Below are positions 63,280-64,000 of a stretch of DNA of 64,000 bases, piece after piece (positions within the stretch are counted from its first letter, which is position 1; each line of letters opens with the position of its first letter). The stretch lies in IMG/VR virus record IMGVR_UViG_3300045988_173968. The stretch is one strand, 5' to 3'. Both the position numbers and the translations under genes were made by a program. The notes under the pieces are model-generated. The model worked only from the letters and a program-made list of their open reading frames with translations. It did not search any database and had not been told where the DNA came from. This stretch comes from a virus.

Positions 63280-64000
63280 TTACTTCAATACTGCCGCATC
63301 CGGCCTTGCGGTTGCTTCTTCTCATAATCCAACAGTACCAAAGATCTCGGTTTACGATAAAGTAACATTCTATGCTCAAGAAGGATGTGTACTCGATAAG
63401 ATTTATGGCGTTAATCGCATTTTGACCAGAGAAGAAATCGACGAGAATAGCACGCCTCAATTTTCTCCGAAGTGGGAGCCAGATGTGTACCTCATCTGCG
63501 AGTTTAACGGTGGTATTTCTGGTGGCAATGTTGAGAATATTACCTCTAAGGTTAAGAAATGGCTGTTATACAGAGGATTGCAAGGTGCTTCGAGCATGAA
63601 GCTCGTGAGTGTCTTAGAAGCGAATGAAACATTCTTCAAAGACTTCACTGCTTCCAAAACGCATAATTACCAGTATAGGTTGTTTGCACAAACGGAAAAT
63701 GAAATGTCTGTTCCAATGGATACCAATGTGGTTTACTGCAATTACTTTGGTTGGTTCCTTATCGATGAGGAAAACCAGGTGGCGTATAGCTTTGGTAACA
63801 ATCTTGAAGACACAACCATTTCTCAGGTCGAAGATGTTACTGAGTATTCAACCAACAAACGGTTTAGTGTTCACAGCCGTGGCAATATGGATTACCTCTC
63901 CGGCTCAGTAACTGCTGTTGTAACAGATAATTGTTCTGCGCAGATCCAAACTGTTGAACATCTTGAAGAACTTCGCAACTTCATTCTTAGTGATCGTCCA
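63272..64000 (+). CDS. tail/baseplate protein, N-terminal part (runs off the window end)
   Basis: ATG 63272 after GGAGGTG overlaps the upstream stop. 243 codons open to the window end (MNNYFNTAASGLAV...). Not in the ORF track because no stop is reached. Confidence 0.6.
   Translation, partial: MNNYFNTAASGLAVASSHNPTVPKISVYDKVTFYAQEGCVLDKIYGVNRILTREEIDENSTPQFSPKWEPDVYLICEFNGGISGGNVENITSKVKKWLLYRGLQGASSMKLVSVLEANETFFKDFTASKTHNYQYRLFAQTENEMSVPMDTNVVYCNYFGWFLIDEENQVAYSFGNNLEDTTISQVEDVTEYSTNKRFSVHSRGNMDYLSGSVTAVVTDNCSAQIQTVEHLEELRNFILSDRP

Overview
This 64-kb window is from a temperate tailed phage or prophage. Strong GGAGG Shine-Dalgarno sites and low GC suggest a low-GC Gram-positive host. All calls rest on reading the sequence and on remembered motif patterns; no searches were run.

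Two divergent arms meet at about 19.1-19.5 kb.
- Leftward arm (1-19,083, minus strand): about 45 small early or accessory genes, six canonical tRNAs, two aberrant tRNA-like RNAs and several long structured non-coding stretches.
- Rightward arm (19,532-64,000, plus strand): a tyrosine integrase, helicase, phosphoesterase and HU genes, a roughly 935-codon YonO/RdRP-like RNA polymerase candidate, terminase, portal, capsid, tail tube, a fibre block, an unusual radical-SAM cassette, the tape measure and distal tail genes.

Main observations:
1. TAG behaves as a sense codon in the rightward arm. Nine in-frame TAGs join ORF-track fragments that lie in the same frame. The leftward arm reads normally under the standard code.
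2. A ThiF/E1-like gene, a JAB/MPN peptidase gene and a possible beta-grasp gene sit among at least 10 otherwise unrelated early proteins that share one C-terminal tail, consensus FEDELMxLLGG. Several tails end exactly at GG or carry short post-GG extensions. This may be a phage-encoded ubiquitin-like tagging or processing system.
3. A retron-like (YADD) reverse transcriptase is flanked by three structured non-coding cassettes of about 270-300 nt with conserved boundaries and terminal inverted repeats.
4. Two paralogous proteins with C-terminal Cys-x3-Cys ladders (24-25 Cys each) flank a radical SAM/SPASM enzyme inside the tail-fibre module.
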